Source: Mobula hypostoma
Taxonomy: Eukaryota
Length of the DNA stretch: 64,000 bases
Direction of reading: 5' to 3'
Assembly: GCF_963921235.1 (NCBI RefSeq)
Contig: NC_086097.1
Location: forward strand, 217,994,001-218,058,000
Of this stretch, positions 12,373 through 25,050 are shown piece after piece. Below the pieces are notes generated by a model. That model searched no databases. It was not told where the DNA came from and worked only from the letters and a program-made list of their open reading frames with translations. Numbering within the stretch: position 1 is the first letter of the stretch; every line of letters begins with the position of its first letter. A program made the translations under genes and the position numbers.

Positions 12373-13195
12373 ACCTAATTAATTAGCTTGTTTATTTTGG
12401 CTTTTTTCTTAAAGATGTGCTGGGTGCGTCCCGGCTATCGCTGTACCCCTGCATGCTTTGCGGATCGGGATCAGTCGCTGCCTGCAGGTTGGAGGCCACT
12501 GCACCACCCCAACCTCCGACGACTCAGCCTACACACCATCATCAGTGTGCTCTGCACTGTCTTCCCGATTCTAGTAAGTGATACTACACTGTACATACGT
12601 TATTTCTACTTTATATAGGCTGTGTATTTTTATGCATTATTTGGTATGATTTGGCAGCATCATAGCTTAAAGATTACTGGAGAACGCTTGCTCTGTGTTT
12701 TTCCTGAGAGCGCTTGCGTGAGATTTTCGCTTCGGAGAACAGTGCAGGCAATGATTATAGAGAAGTATTTCTACTTTATATAGGCTGTGTATTTATCATA
12801 TCATTCCTGCTTTTACTATATGTTACTGTTATTTTAGGTTTTATGTGTTATTTGGCATGATTTGGTAGGTTATTTTTTGGGTCTGCGAACGCTCACTAAT
12901 TTTTCCCATATAAATAAATGGTAATTGCTTCTTTGCTTTACGACCTTCTGGCTTCCGAACCGTTTCATAGGAACGCTGTACCTTCGGATGGCGGGGGAAA
13001 CCTGTACAGTTATTAGTTGAACACAGATCTTTAAGTTGAGTTCTAGCCCACTTTGATGGCTGAATCAATAATTTGTCCTTATTTATATTAGCTAACATTA
13101 GCTAAGACATTTTTTTCAAATACCTTTTTGAATTCCATATAAATAATGTCTCTTGTCTGCTACTTCACCTTTTTTCAGTTGGGTTCTTCAAACAT

Positions 13196-13624
13196 GATAG
13201 GTAGTGGCTCCATATGTCACTACTACAGGCTGTGACGACCCTGCCTTACACGAGTCCCAGGCTTAGCTGGCTCCGGGTGACAGTACCTCGTATGGGCCCC
13301 TATCCGGAGTTATGGAACCCACTGCATTGTGGGTATCTTCGGGAGAAGAGAAGGCTAAGAAGTAAACCCTACACAAATCTGGAGTGGAGCCCCTAAGGCG
13401 GTTGGATGACGTATCATGTCACCTCTTGGCAGCTCCTGCAGCCAAGCTGATGCCAGATGTACTGCTTCGCATTCCTTTGGACCACATCCGCGAGGCTGAG
13501 AGGGGGATCTTGACGTCTGGGCAGCCCAGGATCTCCACATTTATCGCCCATGTCTGCACCCCAGAGTGGTCACTCCTATGGGCGCATCCATTGTCTACTT
13601 AGACAGACGGAGCCATGAATGAAT
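13196..13624. mobile_element. Short non-coding retroposon, possibly RTE-related
   Basis: GC-rich block ending in (gaat)2; near-perfect 12-bp TSD ttcttcaa(a/g)cat (13184-13195, 13625-13636). Confidence 0.6.
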
Positions 13625-14278
13625 TTCTTCAAGCATAACTTGTCGCTTTTATAATATATCCTTAACTGGTTCCTCTATTTAATTAAAAATATCAAAGTAT
13701 TCAGCCATTTTGCCTGATTACAAACTCTGATATATTCTGAAGTGTAAAAGTAAATTCCTAACCTGGCCTATTCAGCAGGCAGATTCAGCAGTACAAGTGC
13801 AGACTGTTTGCACTACTTCCTTGCACTCCCATGATGAGTCTAGTAGAAGTGCATAGTTGATAAAATCCCAGTGAACACACATTCAGAAGTTCAGGATTCC
13901 ATATTCATGCAAGCTTACTTGGGGGAAACTTGTTAGTTTTTAACAGAACTTTTGATTTCCCCAGGAAAATCTGGGTCATTGTCTGAGTTTAACCCAAACA
14001 AATGCTTCAGTGTTAGATTTATTTCTGCCTTTTTAGTAAAAGGCAAAGTGCAACCTTCAGTTGAAAAAGCGCTTGTTGATCCTCACATGCCAGTTTCAGT
14101 TGATGAATAAATCAGTATGCACAAAGATAATTTATACTTAGCTTTGAAACTTATGTAAGTATAAATAGAGAATTTAGAGGCAGCCTATATAGTAATATTT
14201 GCCCCATATACAGGAAAAAAACATTGAAATGGTCAAAAAATCTTTAATGGAAGTTACTTGGCTTATTTAATGTAAATG

Positions 14279-15111
14279 CAGGTCCACAATCCCTTATCCA
14301 AAATCCTTGGGGCCAGTTGCATTTTGGAATTCAGAATTTTTTGGATTTCATCCCCCCCCGCCCCGCCCCGATACTAAAAAACACGTATGCTCAAGTCCCT
14401 TATTTAACCTGTTTCAGTGCAGTGGTGTTTAGGACCCAGCGGCGCACCAAACCTACGCAAATCCTCCCGTATACTTTAAATCATCTCTAGATTACTTATA
14501 ATACCTAATACAATGTAAATGCTATGTAAATAATTGTTATACTGTATTGTTTAGGGAATAATGACAAGAAGAAATTTTATTTCCAACAAAAACATTCAGT
14601 AAAGCATAAGAATATACAGCTTCAAACGAACCGAATCAAACACATGGTAAATGACTTATTGAAATAAATGCAGAGTGTCACTGTCACTATAAAACTTCAG
14701 TAACTTGTCTTTCTGTTTATTTAAATCATATGCAATGGTAGTTCTGACACTGCTTTCTTCAGTAAGATGCCGCACAGACACACCACGATCAAGCTTCTGC
14801 AATAACTCCACTTTCTGCATTATTGATAGAGAAGATTCTTCTCTTTTTCTCATTGTTACCCATAGGGGTATCTGCAGCTCTTTTTGACATTTTCACAGTG
14901 AAATTAAACACAAAGTCAACAGCAAACACAAAATATTAGCGAACGGCAAATGCCTATGTAACCAGTATGAGCGCTGAGCCACAACTGACGTCTGGCGGCC
15001 TCTGCTAGTGTTGCCACGTCACACCTGAGTGATGTCAACTGTTGGCAAAAAAAACTTCGGTTTTCGGAGCTTTTTGGATTTCAGAATTTCGGATTAAGGA
15101 ATGTTCACCTG
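14279..15111 (-). mobile_element. Tigger4/Zombi-like non-autonomous DNA transposon
   Basis: TIRs caggtccacaatcccttatcc and ggattaaggaatgttcacctg-TA; minus-strand MSKRAADTPMGN..LSIMQKVELLQKLDRGVSV..YDLNKQKDKLLKFY (CENP-B/Jerky-type HTH). Confidence 0.8.
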
Positions 15112-15394
15112 TAATACATTTTGTTGAGCATGTCTAGGGTCACATTATGTTAATAACTTGGTTTTCTTTGTGACACCTCCCAGGTCAATTGCTTTTTCGT
15201 ATATATTTCCATTTCGTTGTCCTGAATAACTATTCTGGGACGTTATCTTCAAGGCATTACTCCCATTCGTTTTAAAAATTATTATTTGTATCACACCAGG
15301 TTTGATTTGGGACATTTGTTCTTCTAAGCATGCGATATTAGTATCCTGAGTACCTTTTAGGTAATTATTCTTCAGTGCTTGATGTTTTCTATAG

Positions 15395-15542
15395 ATGCAA
15401 GAAAGAGAGGAAAGGAAGAGAAAAGAAAAGGAGGAAGCAGAGAGATATGATGCAAAACTTGAGCAGGAAATGAAAATATACAATCCATGGGGAAGAGGAG
15501 GAGGAGGAGCACCTCTTAGAGATGCAGAAGGAAATTTGCTAA
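15395..15542 (+). CDS. CSPP1: CSPP1 exon D (MQEREERK...[21 protein letters not shown])
   Basis: ctatag acceptor, gtatgg donor; hallmark NPWG-GGGAP motif. Confidence 0.95.
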
Positions 15543-16422
15543 GTATGGTTCTTTTTTTCTTCTTTTAGTTTCGTTATATTCAGGTTTAGGAATATGCTTA
15601 GCCACTTTGTATACTACCACTATTTAATAGTTTCATTGACAGAACATAATTCAGATTAGTCCCAGTTCTTGGACTTCGGAGATGAATTTGTATGGAATTA
15701 GAGTATTTAAAGTGGAGCTGTAGCCAATAAACAATAGTCTAAAATAGGTCCTGATATTTCAGAGAGGAGCATAGAGCCAGGAAGAAGGCGTTCACCATAG
15801 ACCTGTAGGCAAATTGCTGTAGGCTGAGGTTGTTAGGCAGGCTAGAGTTAAATGTGTGACATGCACTTCATGATGGTGGATGTCAGAGCCACCTAGCAAT
15901 AGTTATTAAGGCACATTACCTTATTTTCTTAGGTACTGGGATGAATATGGTCTTCTTAAAGCCGGTGGGAACCTCAGATTTAAGCAGGGAGTGGTTTAAA
16001 AATGTTTGCAAATACCTCCACCAGCTGATCTGCACAGGATCGAAGGACACAGCCAGAGACTGCATTTGACCCAAATGTTTTCTGTGGGTTCACAGACTTT
16101 CAAGCCAATTATAAATTCTGACAGCATTCTTCTTTGTAATTTTTGATATTGTCAACATAATTATTGTTTTTGCTATACTTCAGTCAAACTCGTGGTTAAA
16201 TGGATTCTCCGTATGTACTTGCATATATGCACAGAGGCTTGCATTCCACCGGCCACTCTTTAATAAGATTGGGTTGGATTTGACCAGATGTGAAAGAAAG
16301 GCACTCCATTTATTCTCTCAATGATTCTATACTTTTTAATTTAAAGATCCAAAGCTGTTATACAATTTATGATTGTGTTTATTTGTAATCTCAAATATAT
16401 TTACTTTAAACATTGCAAACAG

Positions 16423-16566
16423 CTGATCTGAAGAAAATGCATAAGCAGAATGAAAATGCCTATAGAGACTTCCCTCATCAAGGAAATCAAGACTCCAGAG
16501 ATACAGTACCCTTTAATTTGAACTTAACCAGACCAGGTGCGGATACTCCTCAACAGAAAGCCCAAG
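16423..16566 (+). CDS. CSPP1: CSPP1 exon E (TDLKKMHKQNENAY...)
   Basis: aacag acceptor, gtaaaa donor; resembles human TDLNRMHRQNIDAY. Confidence 0.9.
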
Positions 16567-18064
16567 GTAAAATCATGTTCTAATGAATATTGAGAACAAT
16601 CTGTTGTATGAATATTTATACATTTTGCTGGCTAGTACGTCTTTTATGCATTTTGTATTCTTTTGGTACTCAACTGTTTATGGCTATTGTCTAGAAGAAG
16701 GTTTGCTTTTTATATCATTACAAGGAATGAGATTACCTGTTCCCTCTTGCTTCACCCTCAAGACCACCCGGCATGGCTTTCTAATCCTGAGGAGATGTAG
16801 TTGTAGGTGATGTGGCTTTGACTGAGTGGCAAGATTAGTAATCTTCATATGTCACACAGTTTAACTGATGCCTTTGTAAACGCTGCATAAGTGAAATAGA
16901 CAGTTGTCCACACCAAGATAATGCAGTCTGTTACTGAGCACTCAAGGATGTGTAAGAGCAAAAATTGCTGGAGGAATTCAGCAACTTAAGTCTATTGCTG
17001 TAGGTTTCCAGCATCAGCAGAATCTCTTGTATTTATTGTTAAGAACATTTCAAATGTCTTTGTTGTAAGTTGAACATTCTTCCATTTTGCAAATTGCATC
17101 AATTGGAAAGCACTTCTGTAGGAGTAGTAGAATAAGTAAACAAGAGTAGAAATTGGACTTCACAGGGCTTTTTAATCATTTTGTTAATTTTTGGAAAGAG
17201 AGAAAATTAGATTGATTTTGGTCTAGGTTTGCAGTTTATGTCTTTCTAATTGTGCTTATAAGCATCATGAAATTTGTATATTAGGATGAGAATAGTTTAA
17301 ACTTAGTAATCTTCATTGTAGTTAGATCTTGACTACCAAATAGCAGGAGAATGTGCCATCCATTTAGAATGAGATGAGGAATTTCTTAGACAATTTATGA
17401 ATGTTGGAAATTTTTACTATTAGTGAATCTAAGTAAATATATTCAGGACAAAGTTATATAGATGTATGGACATTGGAGGAATCCGGATCAAGGGTTTCGC
17501 CCTGAAAGATCGACTGTTTATTCTTCCCTGTAGATGCTGCCTGGCCTACTGAGATCCTCCAGCATTTCGTGTGTGTTACTCTGGATTTCCAGAATCAGCA
17601 TAATCTCTTCTGTTTATGTTCCTGTCAACTAACTTGTATTTTTTGTATATTTACTTTCATATTTCTGCAGTATTCTTAGCTTCTTATTTAGAGAATGCTC
17701 TGATTAATGTGCTTTATCATGTTAAACATCATTTGCCATTGTTTTATTAATTCACATTGTCTTTGCAACTTAGAAGCTTTGCAACTAGGTAAAATAATGT
17801 TGTGGTAAGTTACCAGAATGATAATCTTAAAGCCTGTAACAAATTCAAATCTGATCACAGTGCCTCTTCTGGGAGCTGGAATAGAACCCAGCTGATAGTT
17901 TGCCTTCTCCTGTGTTCTGGAAAATTAATTATCTATATTATGTGAAATTGCTGTTCTTACCCAGTTTGACCTTTTTGTGAATACAGGCCGACAGCGATCT
18001 GTTTTACTCTTAACTGCCCTCCTGATATCTCCTCCTCCCTCAATCACAGCATGTCAGTAAGTCC

Positions 18065-18890
18065 AACCAGAAGACCACAATCTGTGCGAATTGGAAATGA
18101 CATCTCCACCTCACTAACAGTCAACACTGGCGCACCACAGGGATGTGTGCTTAGCCGACTGCTCTACTCTTTCTACACCCATGATTATGTGGCTAGGCAT
18201 AGCTCAAATGGCATCTATAAATTTGCTTATGATACAACCATTGTTGGCAGGGTTTCAGATGGTGACGAAATGGCGTACAGGAATGAGATACTGTATACCA
18301 GTTAGTTGAGTGGTGTCACAGCAACAACCTTGCACTCAACGTCAGCAAGACCTAAAAGCTGATTGTGGACTTCAGGAAGGGTAAGATGAGGGAACACAAG
18401 CCAGTCCTCATAGAGGGAGCGAGTGAGCCATTTCAAGTTTCTGGGTGTCCATGTCTCTGAGGATTTAACCTGCACATAACATAATGATGCAACTATAAAG
18501 AAGGCAAGACGGCAGCTATATTTCATTAGGAGTTTGAATTGATTTGCTTTGTCAACTAAAACACTCATAAACTTATAAAAATGTACCTAGGAGAGCATTC
18601 TGAATAGCTGCATCTGGTATGGGGTGCTACTGCACAAGATTGAAGTAAGTTGCAGAAGCCTGTAAAATTAGTCAGCTCCATTATGGGTACTAGCTTCTGT
18701 AGTATCCAAGACATTTTCATGGAGCGGTGCCTTAAGAAGGTGGCATCCATCATTACAAATCCCCATGACCCTTATCATTGTTTCCATTGAGAAGAAGGTA
18801 GAGAAGACTGAAAGCCACACACAGTGATTCAGGAACAACTTTTTTCCCATTTGCCATCCAATTTCCAAATGGACATTGAACCCATGAACT
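18065..18890 (+). mobile_element. Rex1/Babar LINE 3' fragment
   Basis: NTGAPQGCVLS..LYSFYTHD and YKFAYDTT motifs. Confidence 0.85.
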
Positions 18891-18942
18891 ACTTGTTTTC
18901 TTTTTTTCCTTTTTTGCGTTAGTTATTTTAACTTAATCATTT

Positions 18943-18980
18943 CATATATATACGTTTGTGTGTGTGTGTGTATATATATA

Positions 18981-19025
<45 letters not shown>
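18943..19025. repeat. Compound (TG)n/(TA)n/(CA)n microsatellite
   Basis: Read directly from the sequence. Confidence 0.95.
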
Positions 19026-19026
<1 letters not shown>

Positions 19027-19049
19027 TAATGTAATTCAGTTTTTTAATG

Positions 19050-20176
19050 TAAGTCAGGTGTTCCAATCAGTGAGATGAGATTGGAGTTGTGGGTTGTAGA
19101 GGTGCCTTGCCCTGTAAAGAAAAAAAGGCACACAAAGTCGAGTTACTTACAGAGCCTGCTCTTCTCAAGAAAGATATGTTTATGTGCACCATGCCTCATT
19201 CAAGATAACTTTCAGAGGACCTTGGAAGAAGAATTGTAGAGAGGCATGAAGCTGGAAAAGGCTACAAATGCTTGAGTGTTCATCAGTCCACAGTAAGAGA
19301 AATTGTCTACAAATGGAGGAAACTCAGTACAGTTGCTACTCTCCCTAGGAGTGGGCAACCTGCAAAGATCACACCAATAGCACAACATACAATGCTGAAA
19401 AGAGATGAAAAAGAACCCAAAGGTACAGCAAAAGACCTGCAGAAATCTCCAGAACTTGCTAAAGTCTCTGTTCGTGTGTCCACGAATGATGTTCATGGAA
19501 GGACACCACAGAGGAAATCGCTGCTCTCAAAAGAAAACATTGCTGCATGTCTCAAGTTTGCAAAAGACCACCTGAATGTTCTACAACGCTTCTGGGATAA
19601 TGTTCTGTGGACAGATGAGACAAAATTGAACTTTTTGGTAGAAATGCACATTGCTATGCTTGGAAAGAAAAGGGCACTGCACACCAATATCAAAATCTCA
19701 TTCTAGAGTTGAAGAAGTTTTGTAAGGAGATATGACCTAAAATTTCTCTAAGCCGATGTACAGGACTGATCAACAGTTACTGGAACTGTACTGTTTTCCA
19801 CAGATGCTGCCTGGCCTGCTGAGTTACTTCATTTTGTGGGTGTTGCTTGGATTTCCAGCATCTGCAGATTTTCGCTTGTTTGTGATGAGTTACCAGAAAT
19901 GCTTGGTTGAAGTTATTGGTGTCCGGGGTGGGGGTGGGGGGTCACACCAGTTACTGAAAGCAAATGTTCATTTACATTTTCCAACAAATACATGTAATAT
20001 TGGATCATTTTTCTCAGTAAATAAATGATCAAGTAGAATGTTTTTTGTGTTATTTATTTAATTGGTTTCTCTTTATCTAGTTTTAGGACTAAATAAAGAT
20101 CTGATCATATTTTTGGTCACATTTTTGCAGAAATAGAGAAAATTCTACAAGGTTCACAAACTTTCTAGCCCCACTA
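19050..20176 (+). mobile_element. Second Tc1 family remnant, interrupted by a Penelope-like arm at about 19786-19887
   Basis: Transposase remnant from 19191: LSEDL.RRIV, RSGQPAKI, FWDNVLWTDETK; right TIR-like ggttcacaaactttctagccccact. Confidence 0.8.
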
Positions 20177-20658
20177 CGTTTCTATGTTTCACTGTATATA
20201 AATGACAGGTAATGACAGTTTCTGTTTCCGATAAGAGGGAACTTAATCAACTTGCCATGCCAATTGAATCATCAACAACATTAATTCCTTGAATATCAAA
20301 TCCTCAGATTCACCATAAACTCAGCTAGTTCAGCCACATAAAGACTACAGCTAATATGAAAGATCCTAGAGTCTTTTCAAGAACAGCAGAAGATATTGGA
20401 AACATGCAAGAGATGAGGTCTCTATGGCAACACTGGAGATGCTCAATACTATACACACCTTGTGTGGTTGATTGGAACTCTATGCACTAGCTCAGCCACC
20501 TGTTCTTTCTCATGGCCAACTTCCCGACTTTGAATCCATATAGTTTCATTTTCTTCACATTCCTTGAAAAAAATAAGTTAACGCACTCAAATTAGTTGTT
20601 TAAGTTTGAAGATATTTGGAGAATGAGTCATTTATTTTTGTTTTTTTTTTCTTTGTAG

Positions 20659-20771
20659 GGTTTACATTTGCAAATGCATCACAGATTTCCCAAGGAAACC
20701 CAATGATTGAACAACATACTGAAAGAAAAGTACCTGATCAGGAAAAATATAAAGAATACCTACGCTTACAA
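20659..20771 (+). CDS. CSPP1: CSPP1 exon F (...DQEKYKEYLRLQ)
   Basis: Poly-T tract plus gtag acceptor, gtaaat donor; resembles human QQELYKNFLRFQ. Confidence 0.9.
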
Positions 20772-21499
20772 GTAAATGCAGTTGAAAATACTTTTTAGAA
20801 GATTTCCTGTTGAACTTGTTTATTCCTTTCCCTGAATCCGTTATTTGAATTTATAGTTGCTCTCTATTATCTGAAAAAATTCAGTTGTGAATCAGTTGGG
20901 TTGCCATTGGATTAAAATGTTCTGAGTTGAAAGATCTTCGTACAACATCTAGGCTGCAACTTAGAAATTCAGATGCCCCGCTCTTTACTGACTCTGTCAT
21001 TCATCTGAAAATCTCAGTTGTCCTGACTGTTTGTGACAGTGATTGCTGGTAATCCTCTCTCTTCCCATCATATAAGGTAGTAACCTCTGGCCTAAAGAAT
21101 ATTTTCCTACACATGTCTCATTGTGGAATATTAGCAGTAGATTTTTGTTTATCTAAAAACAAATGCTCAAGTGAGATCGACACTTCTGTGTGTTCATGGA
21201 ATGTTTCATTTCACTTCTGCACGTAATTGCAGCTCGTGACATTTCTCAGCATGTAGTAAGTCAGTGTCTTGAATTTTACTATATTCAAATACTCAATAAA
21301 GAACTGTTGTGCACCATGATCACAGATGCATTTCTTTGGAAGTGGGTGAAGTGCTATTCCAGCACAAATTGAAGGGCCGGCCCCCACGTAGTCAATCGCA
21401 GAAGTAACATATGGAATCTGTCTTAGTGCGAAGTCTGCACCACAACAATTGAAATTGATACCTCCACAATTTCTAGCTGTCATTTTGGAGTTCTTTTGC

Positions 21500-21830
21500 C
21501 TCTAAATCTGAGGTTGTGATTTAGGCCCCACACCAGACACTTGAATAGAAAAATAAAAGTTGGTACACAAGTGCAAGACTGAGGGAGTGGTTTGTATAGA
21601 TTTATATATAAAGTTTCTTGCAGTAAGTTATCTTTGATATTCTGACCAATATTTATCCTAAATTAGTATCAATAAAACACACACTATCTTGTTATGATCC
21701 CATTTGTGCTCAAACTGGATGCCATATTTTTGGCGTTAAAAATGAGGGACCTTTTCAAAGGTATTTTAGAAACAAAGTGATTTGGAGTTCCTGCAGTTAT
21801 GAATGATGCTGTGTAAGTATAAGCCTTTCT
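21500..21830 (+). mobile_element. Ancient SINE remnant (DeuSINE/SacSINE1-like)
   Basis: Degenerate resemblance from memory (gaggttgtg..cccac.ccagacacttga, ctgagggagtg, ccaatatttatcc); not verified. Confidence 0.4.
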
Positions 21831-22820
21831 GTGTCAGCTATTCATTTTAAACTTGTATTGCCAATATGGAATCCAAAGGGAGTCAAGATTTGATCGCTTT
21901 GAAAGAGAATGTAACATTTTCTGTTCGTCTTGGTAGGCAGGAAGTTCCACGAAAGATAGAACAGATTATAATTTACTGATCTTTTTGGTTTTAGTAATAG
22001 ATTTTTAAAAATCATTTGTTTTCTTGAAACAAATAGTTCTTTAGTCTGGGGAAAGTTTAAGTAGTATGCTAAACTCAAATGCACTGTATGTGGGGCAAAT
22101 GCTACTACTTTCAATGAAATAGATACAAAAAGTTAGGTTTTTAAAAAGTAATTCAGTGCAGTCTTGTTGGCTCAAATACTGAATGGCCAGTGCCTTGCCA
22201 GGGAGAGATTTTGAAAACCATCTGAAGAACAAGTGGTGCAGTTGTTATCCTGCATGCATCAGAGTGGTCTATCTGGCAACATATTTAGCTGGTGGTGCAG
22301 CAGCTTATCGATAGGTTTATGCCCACCTTGTACTTTTACATAGCAGTTTGTCACTGTAAGTATTACAGAGCTGAGTAAAGCAACAAGATGTTCCGACTCA
22401 TCATGATACAAACAGCTTTTGTGATGGTCATAATTAATTATAGGGGACTAAATTAACTAAGTCAATCTGATGTGATAAAGTGGACTTTACCATTACGTGA
22501 AATAAGTGAGGCTCTATTCTAAATTTCGATTTGGGAACTAATTGGATAGGAACTAAGTTTCCTGTACTTAAATAAACCACACCATTTTCTGTAATTAAAC
22601 TTCAGATTTCAGTCTGTTATTACTTATGCTTAATTAGTTGATGACTTTTAAGCACAAAAAACAGAATGGATAGTTTCAGCATGGATACAGAGCTAAATTT
22701 TTTTTAAAATCTGATATTCCTGAGGTTCTGAAGATGTGAAGAACAAGGAATTGTAGTAAGAAGTTGGTTTTAGAGAGAATTCATCAGAGGAACTTTTTAT
22801 TACTATCCAATCGGTTTCAG

Positions 22821-22970
22821 ATCGAGGAAAAGCGACGCAAAGCAGAAGAAGAACGTGAAAAATGTAAACTTGAAGAGCAACGAGAGGAAAAACGATTAGC
22901 TGAACAGAGAGCACGAATTGCAAAAGAACTTGAGGAGGAGCAAGAAAAGAAACGACGTAAAGAAGAGGAG
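22821..22970 (+). CDS. CSPP1: CSPP1 exon G, coiled coil (IEEKRRK...RRKEEE)
   Basis: tttcag acceptor, gtattc donor; RLAEQRARI motif. Confidence 0.95.
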
Positions 22971-23779
22971 GTATTCTTGTTTGACTAATAATAGATATTA
23001 CACATTTAAAACTATTGCTGTACTTAATTGATAAACACTACATATTGCAAAATGAATATTTTCTTTCATTTCAAATAGGTGTTTAATTATTTCAAAGTAA
23101 ATTCAGTGTTAATTCGAGCTCACCTATATCTGTGGATTTTATTACTTTCCATTTAAATGCTGTTAAAGAGATGGAAAGTGTCATGGTAGGGCAATCTTGT
23201 ATCCTTTTATCAGCCAAGATTTTGGTCTTTTTTAAGGCGATTCTTAAATAGTCACACAAAACACCCATGGGAATTTTCAATTGTGTCATTGCATTCAACA
23301 GTATGGACAAGGAAAGGTACTGTATGAAATGAAACCATTGGTCTGTATTCATTATTTGCTAAAACATTTCATTCTGCTGTTCTCTATGCACAAGCTACAT
23401 CTTCCTCTGCTTCATGCATTCTTCCTATATATCCTTAAAAACAGGAATGATGTATTCCGACCACTTTTCATGCATGACCCTATGTCTGCAGTCCTGTTGA
23501 TAAATGAATCTCTCTTTACTCCTTTTCTAGCTTCATTAGTGATAATTTCAAGTTGAATACTCTATATCACAGGCCCTTAATTAAAGATGATAATTTTTAG
23601 CTATTTACGGTACTCTATCAAACCTCGAAAACAAAAGTTAAGAACTTTCTTTCCATTTAAGTACACTTGGTGTTGCAAGTTTTTTCTCATGTATAGGGTT
23701 TCTCATTCCTAACACTAACCTGGTGAATCTATCCTGCATACTCTCTGTGGCTTTAACATCCTTTCTCTTGTACAATAAT

Positions 23780-25050
23780 CTGTTATTAGGAAAGAGTGAC
23801 TGAGCACTTAGACAGATATGAACTGAGAACCAGCATGGATTTATAAAGGGTAAGTGGTAAATAATGACTTAGTTAATTTTTTTGGAAAGGTGATCCAGGT
23901 GATAGATGGAGGGAGTGGCAAAGATTGTCAAAATTTATATGGACATTCAAAGGGTATTTGAAAAGATTTCATTTAATAAAAGAATGATAACAAGCTGGTG
24001 GATATAATAAATTGAGAATGTTTGGATATGGTTTGGGAAATAGGGCATGGAAAGAATGTGATTAATAGTGACCCCAGTGATCTGGGTTAGGGGGAATAAG
24101 TGGGGACTTTAACTATAATTACAAAAGACGGATAAAAGAATATGGTCACAAATATTGTAGATGTAAGTGGTGTTTATTAGAGACTTAAAAGATATTAAGT
24201 GTAGAGAATTATGTCAACCAATTTGAAGAAGAAAAATATGAATATTTTATATATGAGAAATCCAAAAAAAAGTGGAGGGATAGAGAATTAGTAGTCCAAA
24301 TATAGAAATAAGTAAATATTATTAGACAGGTAAAAATATAATGTAACAAACTACTGGAGGAACTCAGTAGATCAAACAGCATCTGTGGGGGAAGAAAGGA
24401 ATTGTTGATGCTTTGGGTCGAAACTTTGCATTAAGTTGTTTATTGCAACAAATTCTGGTAGTATCTTGTGTCTCCAGAAAATGTAGCATCATAATCTACT
24501 GAAATGGGCACATTTATTCAATGCAGACAGGAACAGGAAACAGTGGAAGTTAGTTTAGTTTTATAAAGTTCTTACAAGACTTTATTTAAAGTACTGAGTT
24601 TATTTATGGGGACCACATTTCAGGAAGAGTGAATTTACCTGGGAGGGGTTGAAGCATAGATTCACCAGGCTAAAGGTGTTAAAGTGAAGACACATTACAT
24701 TCATTAAACTCATACACCATAGAGTGTAGAAGTTTAAAGGGTGTTCAGTTAGGGCGCTTAAAAATGAAGAATTTAAGAGGACAAGTAGTTTTATGGGTGA
24801 ATAAAAAAAAGGCATTAACTTGTATTTGGGCAAAGGTGATTAAGGGCAAAGCCAGGTGGTATTGCCTTTGCATAAGGGTAATGGAAATTTATTTCTGCAA
24901 TTCTCTAGTAATCCATAAACTCTTTAGACAATGTTAATTGAGAAATTGAACACAACAATCAGCATGATAGATTTTTATTTGTTAAGGATGGTAAGGTCTT
25001 GAAATGAACGTAAGAATGTAGAGCTAGGTTGCAGATTAGTAAAACCAAAA
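23780..25050 (+). mobile_element. Highly decayed CR1 remnants with a Penelope-like arm near 24345-24430
   Basis: Traces of QHGF.KG, YMD..K.F and the ORF2 C-terminal motif order. Confidence 0.5.

Larger units (their letters stand above)
11073..13004 (+). mobile_element. Tigger/pogo-family DNA transposon, internally deleted
   Basis: TA-flanked imperfect TIRs caggcgtcccccgc and gcgggggaaacctg; N-terminal HTH remnant (VTLSVKLDIIKHFDHGE) joined to an acidic C-terminus (EDDVEEVLASHDQELIDEEL); no DDE domain. Confidence 0.8.

Noticed and set aside
18970..19025. Functional hairpin from (TG)n(TA)n(CA)n
   Set aside because: Common self-complementary microsatellite at a LINE tail.
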